Shown here one piece after another: positions 15,401 through 30,400 of a DNA stretch of 64,000 nucleotides. Source of the DNA: Phoronis australis (lineage: Eukaryota > Animalia > Phoronida). The notes below the pieces were generated by a model. It saw only the letters and a list, made by a program, of their open reading frames with translations, was not told the origin of the DNA and searched no databases. Location of the stretch: NCBI GenBank assembly GCA_002633005.1, contig NMRA01000217.1, positions 310,001 to 374,000 on the forward strand, written 5' to 3'. Position 1 is the stretch's first letter. Each line of letters opens with the position of its first letter. The translations under genes and the position numbers were made by a program.

Positions 15401-18400
15401 GCGACGTGACCTATTGGTTGTCCATCCTGCGGTTCTGGTTCTGTTGCGCGTACAAGGAAACTTAAAGCAACTTAGCGAAATTTCGCAGACGGGTTTCCAT
15501 GTATTGTGTGTTTTCAACACAGAACATTAGCTGCTCGTTAGTTATAATGTTTATTTTGATCACTTAGATACCAGTGGATTTCAATCAGGACCTCGAGATC
15601 GACGTCATCGTCACTGACAACCAGGGGCGTAGGTTTCATAACTTCTCGTCCCTAGCCTTCCACTGGGATTTAACCAATGAAGATATCGCTTCACTTAAAG
15701 ATCCGACCAAGCTAACCGTTGTTGCATCCAAAACAAATGCAGGCTATCCAAGAGGTTTGTCTTTTGGTTTTTGTGGGCCATCAGTGTGGGAGTTCATCAC
15801 ACTTGTGTGGACTCTTTAGGAACATTTGACAGGTTTCTCTTCAAGTCGTAGTATTAAATACTGTATTTTATGTGTGTACAGATATGGACAAAATACTTGA
15901 AGTTGTCGGATGTTCACTTAATATTATTGCTACAAAGTTCACACCTTTGTATAGACATTGCTTGTTATGTTGCTTATTTGTTTTCTATGGCCTTGTTACC
16001 CGTCATGTAAATAATGTTTTTTTTCAATTCAGTCTGTTCTTTCTTCTGCAAGGATCATAGACCAGAAGCTTGGATTAGACACGGCATTGTCAAATAAAAA
16101 AGCACACAAAATTTCCTACAACATATTTTGTAGGGCATTTTTGAGACATTGGTCATTAAATTTTACGTTTTTGCTTCTTTGGTGTAAAATTCAATCTGTG
16201 AAATGAATTTTTGAAAAGAAAATTATCAAGTGCTCCATGTCAACCACTTTAACACTTCAAATAGTCTTTCTGTTGATGTTTGTACCCCACTCATAAAGTA
16301 ATAATCAACTACCACTCAGAAGAGCTTGTTCCTTACTAGTACGTAAAACCGAAACTAATCGGGTTAACCAGTCAAAATTGCCCCCCACACAACTCACCCT
16401 TTTCAATAAGTACATTTTTCTTTTCTCATACGGAATTACTCGTTTTCATTATTTCACTCCCCAGTTCCTTTCTGATCAACTCATTTCTTTCCTCTTGAAC
16501 CCGATCATGCAGTTTTGATACATTGTGTCAAACCTCTGGCTTAGCGCCACCTTGTGTCAGACAGTGAAATACACTGAAGAGGCTTTATTACTGAATTTCT
16601 AGCTTACCAAGTGCTGATCATGATGGGACGTCTTGGCTCCCTTGTTGTGACTGCCACAATCTCCACCTACGACGAATGGCACTTCACGTCGCAGAGCATC
16701 ACGTTCGACCGTAACGTGGTGCCACCTATTTCTCGGTCGCTAGAGCTGATGCTTGTAGAGGGCGCCACTATTGAACCTTCGTCAGTCAGCCTTTTCAACC
16801 ACCCATCTAGCAAAATTGGACTGTCCGTGATCGGTGGCTCTGGACACTTTCATGTGTTACACGAACCCACTGGCCTCATCGGCACTACCAATGATCCCGA
16901 AACTAGGAAAATATTGGTGAGTTTTTTCGTACACATTTAGTGCAAGGAAACTTGCACTGTCCAACGTTATACATTTTTCCAGTCACGATAACTTTTTCCA
17001 GCAAATTTCCATTCTTTTTCTGTCAACTGGAACTAGTTTTGTCTACTATGATTTTATCCTATTCTTTTGCTGTCTGTTGTCATAAGTTAACATTCAATGT
17101 TATTTACCATGAAATAATTGTTGAACTTTGACATACCAACTCAACTTAACTAGCATTACAGACAGATTTGATTTTGATTCTACATTGAATCTGATGGTAT
17201 CAATTGAAATCAGTTCATTGTCAGTATTTGATTATACATCAACAGTGTGTAGACGTTTTCCTGAAAGATTAACAAAACTCCTCATTCAGGTTGTTCCATT
17301 CAACGATGGTGATACCAAGGTGACGGCCTTTGACCTTTGCCTTGAAGCCGTTGAGCATGCTCACGCCCATGTTCATGTGTCTGGTGTTCATTCCATTGAC
17401 CTCAAGGTGTTGGACAAGGTGAGTGCAATTTGAAGTTGACATGACTGGCATGTGTTTGTTTTCGCAGTGTATGCTTGATGTCGAAACGTGGCAAATACCT
17501 TTTGCTATCTTCTAAATGCAATCAAGTTTCTTTGTCTCCATGTTTGTGTGATCCAGACTTCTTGACAAGATTTCCAGAAAGGAGGTGATTTCTCACATTG
17601 CTGAGTGCAGTTTAACTGCTTGGCGATTCAAGTTTCAAATTTCTAGGCCCATGCCCACCAAATTTCAAGAGAAAATTGACCAATTACATCACGTGATTTT
17701 GGAAAAATTACTTGAAGCATGGCACGTGATTGGTCAGTTGTCAAGTTTCAGGTTAAGTTTGGTGGTTATAGACAATTGATATATAGCATATCGAACAGTA
17801 CTTTCTGTATTAAAATGTGACAATGTTGGAAATAAAGAAAATTGCTTGCTAGCTGTTGAGTGCATTTAGTTTTTTCAGAAAATTGCTTCTCTTGCTGATC
17901 GTGTTCTTTGTTTTTTGACAAAAGGCAGGTCTATAGCACCTTTAAGTGGAAGGTCTTTGGCTCATGAAATGTGTTAATGATTTAGATTTTGATTTGAATC
18001 GTATCGCTTCAGGTTGAAGTACACCATGAGTTGCATGCCTCTGCGCAGCTCCTGGACGAGCGTGGTCGGCCTCTCCCCACCACCTATTTACCATTTATGA
18101 ACCTCAGGCCAAAGCCAGGCTCCGAGATAATCTCCATCAGGTAGGTATATTCACGCCAATGTTATTCATGAAACAGTAGAACATCAGCTTGTTGCAGTTT
18201 ACTTCCCCCCTCATATATATATATGATGTCCCAGCAGAGTTGGAAAAGTTTTGGAACGCACGAAAATGGTAGGGTCCTGTACCATACTATGTGACCGACC
18301 TTGGTTCGGTCTGATGTTTTGTTGTTTCAAAGCATTTTACAGAACCTCGTAAGACTTTAATTGATTTTTTTCATAATAATACTATGCAAAACCAGTAAAA

Positions 18401-21400
18401 TTAAATGCAAATTGCTCTTGTTTTTCAGACCTGATCCAGAGAGGCCCTCTGATGGCTTTACTGTGTACTACATCGTGCGGGGTGTGTCTCTGGGTGTGAC
18501 CACCTTGACTGTGGTGGCCACCCCTAGGCAGGGTCAGAAGGTGTCCAGTGCAGCCAGAGAGATCCAGGTGTTCCCACCTCTGCGGCTCAACCCCAGAAAT
18601 ATCACCATGATTATTGGGTCTTTATTTCAGGTATGCGCTGAAAAACGGGCCCGTTCTAAGAAAATTGACTATTAATTTTTAGCTAAGATGTTGATAAGTG
18701 CTCTGGTGAACTAGATAGTAAATTCGGAGAGCATGGTGGGCAACTTTTAGTAGCGATGTATCACAGGGCTTGGAATTGTTCTTTTTTAAGAGAATTTCAT
18801 CTTTTTTGGTTTCAGTTATCTCTATTTTTGATTTCTAGTTTCCCTTTTTCGTCTGTTTTTATAAATATTTTGACTTTATTCATGCAAAAATGTTTATTTC
18901 TGCAGTAACAATTTTCAACACAAAAAGATGTTTCAATCACACTAGCCTATTTATTTGTGGAGTGAACATCACCTCATCTGAAAATTTTCCTCTTTTTTTG
19001 TCATTGTTTATTCCAAGCCCTAGTATCCGGAGTTTTCATGAGAGATTCAAATTTAGATGTGGGAGAATGACAAAAGGGGTCACTTAAGTATTGAACCTGA
19101 AGGTCGATTTTATTGTAAATCTGACGTGTAGACTAATTACAAATTTACTTTGTAGAATTTTTTTTGCAATTATTTTATTAAAAGATAATTTAATTGAATT
19201 TCATAAAATGTGTGTTCATTGTCTCTGTCATCAGTAAATGTACTCCAGCAGTTTCTATTATCCATACATATTTTAAGATAACTATCAAGGTGAGTTATTG
19301 GCATGTGTCTGTCACGGTCAAGTTTCCCTTCTGTTTCCCAGGTGAGCGCCTACGGAGGTCCCCAGCCCCAGTCATCTGTAGAGTTCTCCCTGGCGGACAC
19401 ACACATTGCTAGCATATCGTCAAGCGGTCTGATCGATGCTCAGAACTTGGGCGACACCAGAGTTATAGGGAAGGCTGTGGGCAGAGACAGTGTGACAGGG
19501 GAGACGATTGTGTACTCACAGGTCAGTAATATTGGCAGGGGAGATGATTGTGTATATTCACAGAAGAAATGATCATAGACAGTTGTTTACACTGGTCTGT
19601 ACTGGACTGGAGTAATGATCGCATACTCAAAGTTTACTGATACATTGATGCACTATGATTGTTGATTTAAAGAAATGTTTGCTTTGTGACAAAAATCAGT
19701 TTGTTATGGAAGTGTAAGATTTGCCTTTAGACCATCTTATCGTTAAGAAATGCTTTACTTCCATTGGAAAGTGTAAAGCTCCAAGACTTCTGCATTCCAA
19801 CGCAGAGACGAAATTCTGATTAATGGTAGACCGCATTAAACTTGGTCTAGACATATACTCTCTACTCACATGAAATTGTTGGTTTGCAACAGGCTGACTG
19901 TTCATTGTTTTCCGAGACTGCTCGGCGAATATAAAGCCATGTCATGATAATTCAACTTGTCGAGCTTAGGTTCCAGTAACAAACTGTCCGTTCTTTGTAA
20001 GTCCAGAAATCGCAGCTATTTGGATAAATGTATAATTTGAGACCAATTTTATAATCATGGTAAGTGGTGGAAATCAGAAATTGATTTTTGTGGAAGGCGT
20101 GTTTTTAGCTGCTTTAATTCCTTCAGTAAATAGAATGTTTTGACTTAAACAGAAGAGACGTTGCGTGAGAAAGTTCAGTTGAATGCATTTATGAAATATG
20201 CAAATTAAAATGCTATCATTCTCAACATTTTAAAGAAGTAAGTCAAGATTGTCAAACTACCATGCATGGAGGCCATCGTGCCTCATCCCGGCTGGTGCGT
20301 TGTTGCAGGATGAAGTAACGGTGTACGTGGTGGAGTTGACTGGCATCAAGATATTCACACCACTCACACGACTGCAGACTGGTTCTGAGGTGGGTTGTTA
20401 CACCATAGAGCAGTGTATATCTTCTTGGAAAAGTAATCAGTGGGACAATCAATAATTGCCATAAAAGTCTTTTTAAGTTAACAAAGTCTTTAAAGGCAGT
20501 TTTAAAAAGTGCTGTCTGCTGGTTTATTGGGAATGTGTAAACTATGTAAAGGTTTTAACAGAATTATGCAAAGTTAGCGTGTAGTTCTCTCAGGCAGTGT
20601 TTTTGTTGTAGTTTAGTGTTGCGTTTCAATCAAACCATTTCACTACAATCCTGGTTCATAACGTTTGCTTTGCTTTCTCAATTCCTAAGACAGCTGTATG
20701 GTATACAGGTTGAACTTCAGTTCTTGCGAATGCTTTAGAAATGTATGCGGGTCCATTGTAATGTGATCCAGCGTTATTTGTGCTGTAATTAACATGTTTT
20801 GCTGTTGGATGGATTGCTTCATTCAACTCGTGGCAATGCTCCCACGTAAAGTAAAATTACAACAGTTACGTTGCTACGAAGATTATACTGTAATGTTCCT
20901 TATTTTGATGTCTCACTTTTTCGTCCTACAGATGCAAGTTTACGCGACAGGTGTTAACGATCAGATCAGCCCATTCACCTTTGGCAGTGCCATACCTGGT
21001 CTCTTTTTTCATTGGTCAGTTACAAACAAGGAGGTGATCTCTCTCAAGTCTGTTTACCATAAGGTGAGAAATGAGAGCATGAAATGGCACAGTTCCTGAG
21101 TGTTTACACTGGTTGTCTGCCACCGATCATTGTGGCTTTGCCTGTGATCTCTTTGGTCATTAACAGTGTTTATTGTTCAGGGGGCTCTACCCGGTTTTCA
21201 TAAGGCCGTTAAGCAGTTGACGTTTTACGACATTGGCTAATTTATATGACCTTGAATATTTTTATACCCGGACACACTGTAAATTTATGTGACTTTTCTC
21301 CCCCGTTTGCCCGTGATAGACTCGGTAAATTGCACATCAGAAGCCGACATGTTGGACGAATCGGATTGCATGAAAGAGAGAAAATTTTTGGATGAATGTG

Positions 21401-24400
21401 TGTGGTATGTGGATTAAACAACTTGGTTATTGGTATATAGCGACAGGGACTGGATAATGATGAAGGTTGTAGACCCAGTTGATGGCATTCAGAGAAATGT
21501 ATTTTGATGAATCCACTATCGAAGAATGCAGTACTGCAATCAACCACTTCAGGCTGTCGCATTAGCTTTTTGTGATTTAGTAGAATATCACGTGACAAGT
21601 TTAGCCGCGCGTTCTGGATATTTTGATAATTGCGTTTTAAAGCCACGTAGTTTTTACTGCCAAAAAATGCATTTTTGGGATTACTGTTAGATGGGATATA
21701 CTTTTGGAAGTTATTGGCTTTGACCAGATCTATGAAACAATGAAATTGTTTTGTTTTAGTGATTTTATTACAAATCACCAATTCTCACCATTGTCTGCCA
21801 GACATTTGCTGATTAAAGTCGAAACCAGTGTCAGTTATGGTGCAAGATTTAGCTCCACCAGCAGAGTGTTTGACTGCGATGGTGCGACGGTCCCAGGCAC
21901 GAATTTGTACTGAGGGCGATCTCTGAGAATCACTTTTTTTCACCTATAATGTCTCTTTAATAGAATTTAATAATGACTATAATTCAGTCCAAAATTTATT
22001 AAATTGTAAACTTCATTATGTTCTAACATCAAATTGACATGTTTGAGCATGTAATTAGTTGCCAGGCAAACGTTTTAAGATTTCTGAAACGTTTTCTAGA
22101 GCGACATAGTTGTGGGTGATGTGAACAACTTTGCCATGCGCCTTTTGACCAAGTCTGAAGGTTACGCATCCGTCAAACTCCAAGTGACCGTGGACAGAGG
22201 GAGCCGACTGCAGATTAAGGACAGCGTAAAACTATCTGATGATGTTCAGATTCGAGTGAGTCTGATTGTAAAGAGACTTGTTTTGAAATTACAACATGGA
22301 GCAGTGTTATATGTGAATTTGAATCTCATAGGTGTATTTTTGCTTCTATTTTTAAAACTTTAAGAAAACCATTCCAACCAAAATTGACAAAACTTACGAC
22401 ATTTTGTGCCATAGCATAATGCTAATTTCAGACCCTCATCATATAGTCACTTCAATTGTGTTGAAACTGTCAGGTGATTATTTTGACTGTCAATCTTCAG
22501 GTGTTTGAGCAACTCCGACTACTTAACCCTCTCACGTGTGGCGGTCAGCTTTTGATCACCCCGAACACCGAGATGCTGGTCAAGACCAATCGGTAAGTTT
22601 CAGACCAATCTTTAAGATTTGACTACTCTATTACTTTCCTTGAGCACATGTCTACTATCAAAATGTCGTCTGCGATCAAAATGTCGTCTGCGATCAAAAT
22701 GTCGTCTGCGATCAAAATGTCGTCTGCTATCAAAATGTTGTCTGCTATCAAAATATGTCTGCAATCGAAATTGCCAGCTGCTATCCATGACAGGCTAGGG
22801 ATTGGGCAAATTCACCTCAGTCTTCAAGACGGATTTTGTAGAACAAATTTATAAAATGTTCACAAGCATAAAAAGTGTAACCAAATTGAGGAAATGCATT
22901 AATTTTGGGATCTTTGATAGACTTGATAAAGGGTTTCAAATGTGATAATGTAAAACCTGACCTACTTTTTACTTAATATAATAACTTAATCATTTTCATG
23001 AAAATTTTAATTTTACAGCTTCGGAGTGGGGTAAGGAAATAAGTTGAAGTTATTAAGCTGCTGGTTCTTGAGCCTTTCTTATTCTGTAGGTCTTAAACAA
23101 GCATTGATGTTCTGTACTGCTTTGCTTTTGCATTATTCTGAACAAATTTTAGCTTCATTTTGTAAATTTTCCCTGCTTGGATGTGTGTGCTCGATTTCTG
23201 TACTCGGTCAATCCTTTTTGCAGCTGACAGACCAGAGTTTTTTTTTCTAGACGCATAGTATTGAACAACAGGATTGCAGCACGCCAAAAAATGGTTGCAC
23301 AAAATTCAGTTTCCCCATCACGCGTGGTAATAATCTGCCACTACTCATCATTCCGACTGTTCTTGCCGGTGAATTTCGCTTGCATTACATCGTCGTGTGA
23401 GGGAATTTTGCTGCATTCAGGAGTCGGCTGCACTAGCATGTCACTAGATATCTACGGTGGAGCTATCAACAGCTAACTGTTCACTNNNNNNNNNNNNNNN
23501 NNNNNNNNNNNNNNNNNNNNNNNNNNNNNNNNNNNNNNNNGAGTAGTTGGAATGTGTGTGTATGTACGGTTTGAATATGTATTTATGAAATTACAAGGTT
23601 GACTGCTTCCTAAAATTAAATGATGGTGGAAATGTAGTTGAGTGCCCAAGAGGCGGGCAAGAAAACAACGGGGTTTTTACACAATGCAATAATCCGCAGT
23701 GAACTTTGAAGTGTGTTTGTTGATGTTTGTAAATCTGTTTAATACGTTTTGACAGGAGAATCCAAAGGTTATAACAATAGGGAGAATATTTCCCTGTCCT
23801 TGTTGCATGACTGCAGAAAATCAGTTCTAAGCTAGAGATATCCTGTAGAGCTTGCTTGCCATGCTTTTAAAGGTCCGCCATAGAAGGAGTCAGTGAAGTG
23901 TACATTCTGTGGACAATGGCACAGCTTTTCTTTGCATTCACGCTCATCTTTCGCCAAGATGTCAAACTGACTATTTTTGTTATCTGATAAAAGGTGTCGC
24001 TATGTGTGTCCATTAGCTACAAGTAGTCTGTACCTTTTGGAGTCACTGTTCAGCTGGAATGTGCTGATTGTTTTGATTACTATCAAAATTAATCTATTCC
24101 TAATTCTACCTCAGAACTTTGTTGGGTCACTTTCTGGATATCACTAACAAAGAGTGGCATCGATTCTTCAAGTTTCGATTTGGATGGAAGATTTTTACAG
24201 TTTTGAATCTCTTAATAACTCTTTGAAACGCAATTAATGCTCAGCCTTGTCAGCCCTCAAAAGTTCGAAGTCGTAGCAGTTTTGACAGAGTCCTCTAAGT
24301 ATTTAGTTATTGGCCTAATTAGAAGGAGGAAATTGAAAACAAATTTGATGCCTCAGTTGTCAATCAACAGGTTTAACTAAGGTAACGCTTTGTTTTAAAT

Positions 24401-27400
24401 GCCATCCACTTGTAAGAAATTTTGACTGTGGAATTTTCTAAGATTTGTTTAGCAAAACCTATTCTAGCGGCAATCTTTTACCACAGGGACTGTGCTCAGT
24501 GTCCCGTTGTGATTAAGTCATGCGCTTGTTTCAGTGAGGGTAGTGCTCGGTTGGAGTACAGCGTTCTCGACCTTGACCCCTCTGACGATATCGTGACATG
24601 CTCCAAGTCAGGTCTGCTAGTATCTGGCTCTAAGACGGGCATAGCTACGCTCATCGTTACGGCGCTGGAGGACTTTGGTGTCAATCACTCTTTAGCCATA
24701 ATTGTGAAGGTGAGGTTGGTTTGCATGACAAATAGCTATTAAGCTTTTTGGCAGTATGAAAAAGAATTCTGCGTGACTGAGTTCTAAATTCTGGTGAGCA
24801 AGCTGGACAAAGACTGCTGATTTCTTTCATTGATGAAACATTGTTGAATGTTTGACATTTTACAGCGATGGGTATAAAGTTCAAGGACATAGTTATGCAT
24901 TCCTCAAGCATACTAAATTATTGCCATGCACCTAAGAACTAAAAAAATAAAATTTTTCCATGCCTACAATAGATGAACTGATAAATTGCGTGTGGAAATC
25001 ATGCATTGTTTTGTTTTCTGCTGAATTTGCTAATGAAGGTCGCGCGGACCTGTGGTGACTTAAGGCATTTTTTTGTTCAGATTTGAACTGTGGGTGATGC
25101 TTTGATGGCTAAGTGAACCATTTATATTAAATCTTTTGAGCGTGTTTTCGTAGGTGAAGTCTGTCGCTTACCTGATGCTAAATGCCGATACAGTTTTGAA
25201 GACTCAGGGCCACAAGTTACCTACACTACCGGTGGGAAGCACCCTACTGTTCTCTGTTAGTTTCCATGATGACATCGGCGAAAGGTTCCATTCGACCAAC
25301 ATCCGCATCAAGTATCGACCTAATCGATTTGACCTGATGCAGATTGGGCCAGGTCCAGAGAATGCCACCTTGGTCGCCAGGGCAACCGACATGGGACAAA
25401 CTGTGCTGAAGGTAGCTATCAACGTCTTCAGGTGTCACTGTTGTCTATTTGNTTTTTGACAATATTGGACAAGACAACTAGTTCTTGTCTGTCAATCATC
25501 TAAGTTCTTAACAGGTCCTCCTGGAGGCAATTTGTTTGCAAGTGTTGGATTTTATATTTTAACCTATTAAAAATAATTAAAAAATTATGGGTCATGGGTT
25601 GGAGAAATAAATGAAAAATATGGGCGGTGGGTACAAAATAAAAGTGCCTTCCCCCCCCTCCCATACAGATTTTGCTGGAACAGCCCTTATGCATTCCTCA
25701 AGCATACTAAATTATTGCCATGCACCTAAGAACTAAAAAAATAAAATTTTACCATGCCTACAATAGATGAACTGATAAATTGCGTGTGGAAATCATGCAT
25801 TGTTTTGTTTTCTGCTGAATTTGCTAATGAAGGTCTTGCATTTTTCACTCCTGTGGTGACTTAGGGCACTTGTAAATTTGTATTTTTTGCTCAGATTTGA
25901 ACTGTGGGTGATGCTTTGATGGCTAAGTGAACCATTTATATTAAATCTTTTGAGCGTGTTGTCGTAGGTGAAGTCTGTCGCTTACCTGATGCTAAATGCC
26001 GATACAGTTTTGAAGACTCAGGGCCACAAGTTACCTACACTACCGGTGGGAAGCACCCTGCTGTTCTCTGTTAGTTTCCATGACGACATCGGCGAAAGGT
26101 TCCACGCGACCAACATCCGCATCAAGTATCGACCTAATCGATTCGACCTGATGCAGATTGGGCCAGGTCCAGAGAATGCCACCTTGGTCGCCAGGGCAAC
26201 CGACATGGGACAAACTGTGCTGAAGGTAGCTATCAACGTCTTCAGGTGTCACTGTTGTCTATTTGTTTCAAAAACTCATTAATTTTTGTTGTTTTTTTTG
26301 TTTAACTGCTAGCCCATACATAAAAAAGAATTCGTTGGCTTCTGTGGATAATGAATTGATGAAATAAAGACTAGGCAAGTGTACGTTGACAATTTTAGCA
26401 ATCTTTGTTTTTGGAGTCTTCAATTTAATTACCTACTTGCATGGCAGTAAATATTCATTAAGTTGTCTTCACATTTTAACAATAATCTGTAGGTCTGGGA
26501 TGAGGATAATCCACGCCTAGCTGACTATATCAGTATTGAGGTGGGACAGGTCATTCATCCAAGGTCAATTCGCATCAGCCTCGGCGACGTCGTTTGTTTC
26601 AACTGCCCGCTTGTGAATGCGCAAGGTAATTTATTTACACTAATTAATTATGTGTTGTATGTTGTCATTGGTAGTACATGGTGTTAGTTGCAGATGTAAT
26701 TACTTTAAGGTGTGAAATATTTTTTCATTTCCGTCAGCTTCAGTTTTTTAGTCTTTGATCAGATGACCTACATTGGGCAGTGTGTGTTTGAAAGGAAAGT
26801 CAGTGTTTTTTGCATTATTTGTATGGAAAGTATGAATCACTGGTTGTTGTATATTGAGTATTAGTTCTATTGTAATGTAATTGCCATTAGCTAATTTGCC
26901 AATGGCACCATCTATTGTCATTTACATGCTGACATGGAGTTGTCTCCGTTGTGTACTATGATTTTTCCGCAGTTCTTTGGGCTCTGCCTTGTTGATGCTT
27001 TAAGCATGTCTTGATGCCATTTTTTCGGTACTCACGCAACTGACTTCAACACTGGTTATCATCAAAATATTTCAATTTGAATGGAGAACTGGAAATCCAC
27101 TAGGATTTGCTGATGAGGCAAGGGTCCTACTCATAGAGATGCTTACATCCCTTAGCTCACACACATCCCGTGTTGAGGACCTACTTCTGCTCTCAGTCAA
27201 GATGATGAAAAGAGGGACCTTTTTTATTAACGCCACCTGGTGAATATCGAGTCTTCCACCACTGTTCTCCTGGCTCAGATTAATGCTACTTACATCATCA
27301 GCAGATATGCTTAGTGTACTATAATTCCCTGCATTTGTACGTTCTGTTTCACTAAGCAAACACTGACAGCGATTGAGGCCAAACACAATCTGAAGTGCCC

Positions 27401-30400
27401 CTATTCATGGATGCTGGAAATTGGCTATAACATTATGTGAATTTTGGGTGCATAGTTGATCAGGACTTTGTCAAGAAGCAATCTGGTTTATCATTTTTGC
27501 TACCAAAAATTTACTATAAAATCTGCGACAAACCCACCTTCCGTCACAAAAACTACCACTTGTCTTAGACTACTTATGATTGGTCTTAATTATTGTTTCT
27601 TTAACCAAATTAGAAGTGGAGTCTGGACTTTGAAAGAAGTCTCCTGAAATGTAGTTATTGCTTGAGACCAGGCTATAAGTTGGCTTGTCATGAATCATTT
27701 TATGTGCCAAGCATGATCTCGGGTGATAAGGAAGTGTCATTTTTCCAAGTCCAGAACCCGTTTCTTGTACAAGTTAGAGCAAGATGAGTTTGACGGTGGT
27801 GGTCTAAAGTCAAGATCTTGTTGCCACTATCATTGACAGGGTTCTCTAGTTTGACTTACCTCATGCAGCTGATTACGGTTGTTGAATTCTAATTCTTAGG
27901 TTACAAAGGTGTGTGGTCTTCAACTGGCATTGCCCTTGATGTCGGTGAGAAGGGAATATCTACAGCCACAGCTATTGGTAACAGCGTTGTCACATACAAT
28001 GTATCATCAGCTGTTGCCACGTATACAGAGGTGGGTGTCAGTAGTTCTGACAAAAAATTTTAAAGTAAACACTGACAAAAATTCGTTTGACTTCATCGAA
28101 ATTATGGCGACAGTCTGGAATGAATCATTTGAAAATTAACGAGTGAATTTTTTGCTACAAAATCTTGCTGATTTTTGGCAAAAATAGATGTCATAAACGT
28201 TTTTAAAACAACTATAACATGGAAAGGAATCAGTTCTTTGAAACTTGTTAGTCACATGTCTGTTATTGGATTATCGTCCATGATTTAAGTATTGTCAGGC
28301 TTGTCTTCTCATTTTGTCTAGAGATCCTTTGTATGTGTTAAATATGGCATCACTATGTATGTTTTGTTGTCACCATTTGTAACTGGCTTTCACTCATGGA
28401 ACATATTTTGTGCCTTAGAAATGATGTGAAGTAATGTGTCTGAGTGGTAATGTACCCTATTACACCGGTATAGATTTTTTTGTTTCATTTGAGTAGCTGG
28501 CACTCTAAACTAGACAAAATGGTTATTGGCTGCATTGTAATTGCAGAAACTTTATCCTCTGTCGTAGCGTGAACTTGGAAACACACGATCCTGAGTCATG
28601 GGTACTGGTCTTATACTGTTTGCCTACATTGGTTACTACAAACTGAAATAACGTCCTTCAAGACCTTGTCATTTATGCAACAAATTTTTGTTTGAGAACG
28701 AATCATTTCACAATCAAATATAGAATATTATTACAAAAAGATCCTTTATCTGCATGACTCTGTGTCTTGATTGGGATCACATTTGCAGGTGTCTGTTGAA
28801 CCAGTGAGGACTGTTACCATGGATACCAGTGCTATACAGTCGTTAACAAATGTGGACAGTGATAGGCGATATAGTATACCTGTTGTGCTTGGTAGTCAAG
28901 GAAACCTTAAAGGTATTTAATAAGTGGTTTAGCATTGTCTTTTGTTTTTAGCAAGTCTTTTCATTTCTATTAGGCCGTAATGATATTTTCATTTTTTGAG
29001 AGAAGATCAGTTATCCACTGATATCTCATATGATAGCTAGAGATTTGAACTACAATGGATTTCTCTGACTCAAATTTGCTTTTGTGGTTTTAGTTCACAA
29101 AATTGTTTTATAATAAACCAGGTTGTTTTTGTAGAATTGCATTACATCAGTTGAATTACATTTTATTGTCATTTACCCCCGTTCAGGTCCCAATTGCTCA
29201 GCTGTTGTGGCCAGCGCAAACTTCCACGTGACCTCAGTTCCTTTCCAATGCCAAGTAACCATGACAACCCATCATCAACGTCTGTCTGTCAGCGACTTAT
29301 TCTCTACTGAGGCTGTGTTTGATGCACAGCTAGGTGAGTTAGAGATTCTCTCTCTACTTCATTTTTTTAAACTTAGTAAAACAAATTTTATCACAAGTTA
29401 GTTCAATCAAAATTTATGCCCAAATAAGGCTAATGCAACACAACTCTGAAAATTTTCAAACTTAATTGAACAATGTAATATGAACTTTGTAGTTATATTC
29501 TTCTTTTTGGTGGTGGACCACCACCTCAAATTGCGACCATAGTGAGTGGCTGCCGACTTATGCATTATGGGTACCCACTCAACTTCCAGCATATGTGATT
29601 ACCAGGTTTCTGCAGAAACCTCATCCTCTTTTTGAAGAAACTTCAAAAAATTGATGAAATAAGGCAAACAGAAACTGGGCTGAAAGTTGTGTAATTGTGT
29701 TTTTGTGATATTTTCGACTGGAAACACATCATGTGCTCTAAATTGGCAAATTTAAAACAAAGGATATCTTTAAACTAATTTAATAAACAGGTTTTGATGA
29801 AAAACGGTTTAAAAGGGGTGTTTGTTTTCTATAGCTCTGCATCTTTTGGAACCAGTTAATGAAAATTCACTTTTCCTTTAATGCGTAGTACAGTAGTCTG
29901 CAACACAGTGTTGAGCCAATTTTATCAACTTTCTCAACAGGTAATGAATTTCAATAGTATGTTGTGGACAGTTATGCGGACATAAACTGGACATAGAAAT
30001 AACGAGAAAAATTACTTACTAGCAGACATTTAATTAGTTGAGCACGTCATCATTTCAAGCCTGTAGCTCAGGCCCTTGGTCACATCACGCCATTGTGGAA
30101 CCGGAAGTAACACCTGATCGTAAGCAGAAGGAACTTGTTGTTCCTGGTCAAGGATAAGTGGGAGTTGCACTGAACAGGAGGATTAATGGAGAACTCTTCT
30201 CATCAGTGTGTGAAAGTTGTTGGCCTAACCTGCAGGATTGAAACGTTATGCTCAACAAACTAAATGTCTCCTAGTAAGCAACTTTCTCGTTTTTACCATC
30301 ATCACTGGAGACAATGATGAAAACTTTTAACAGTAAACTGGACCTAGTTTGGAAAAATACTGTCTAACTTTGGTGCACTTAAAAGGTTATGTAGGAGCCT

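Noticed and set aside
22648-22854. ORF with SSAIKM repeats
   Set aside because: Translation of an intronic 18-bp minisatellite; no splice support.
27072-27386. 104-aa minus-strand ORF inside a NUP210 intron
   Set aside because: No recognisable motif or partner exons; likely chance or repeat-derived.
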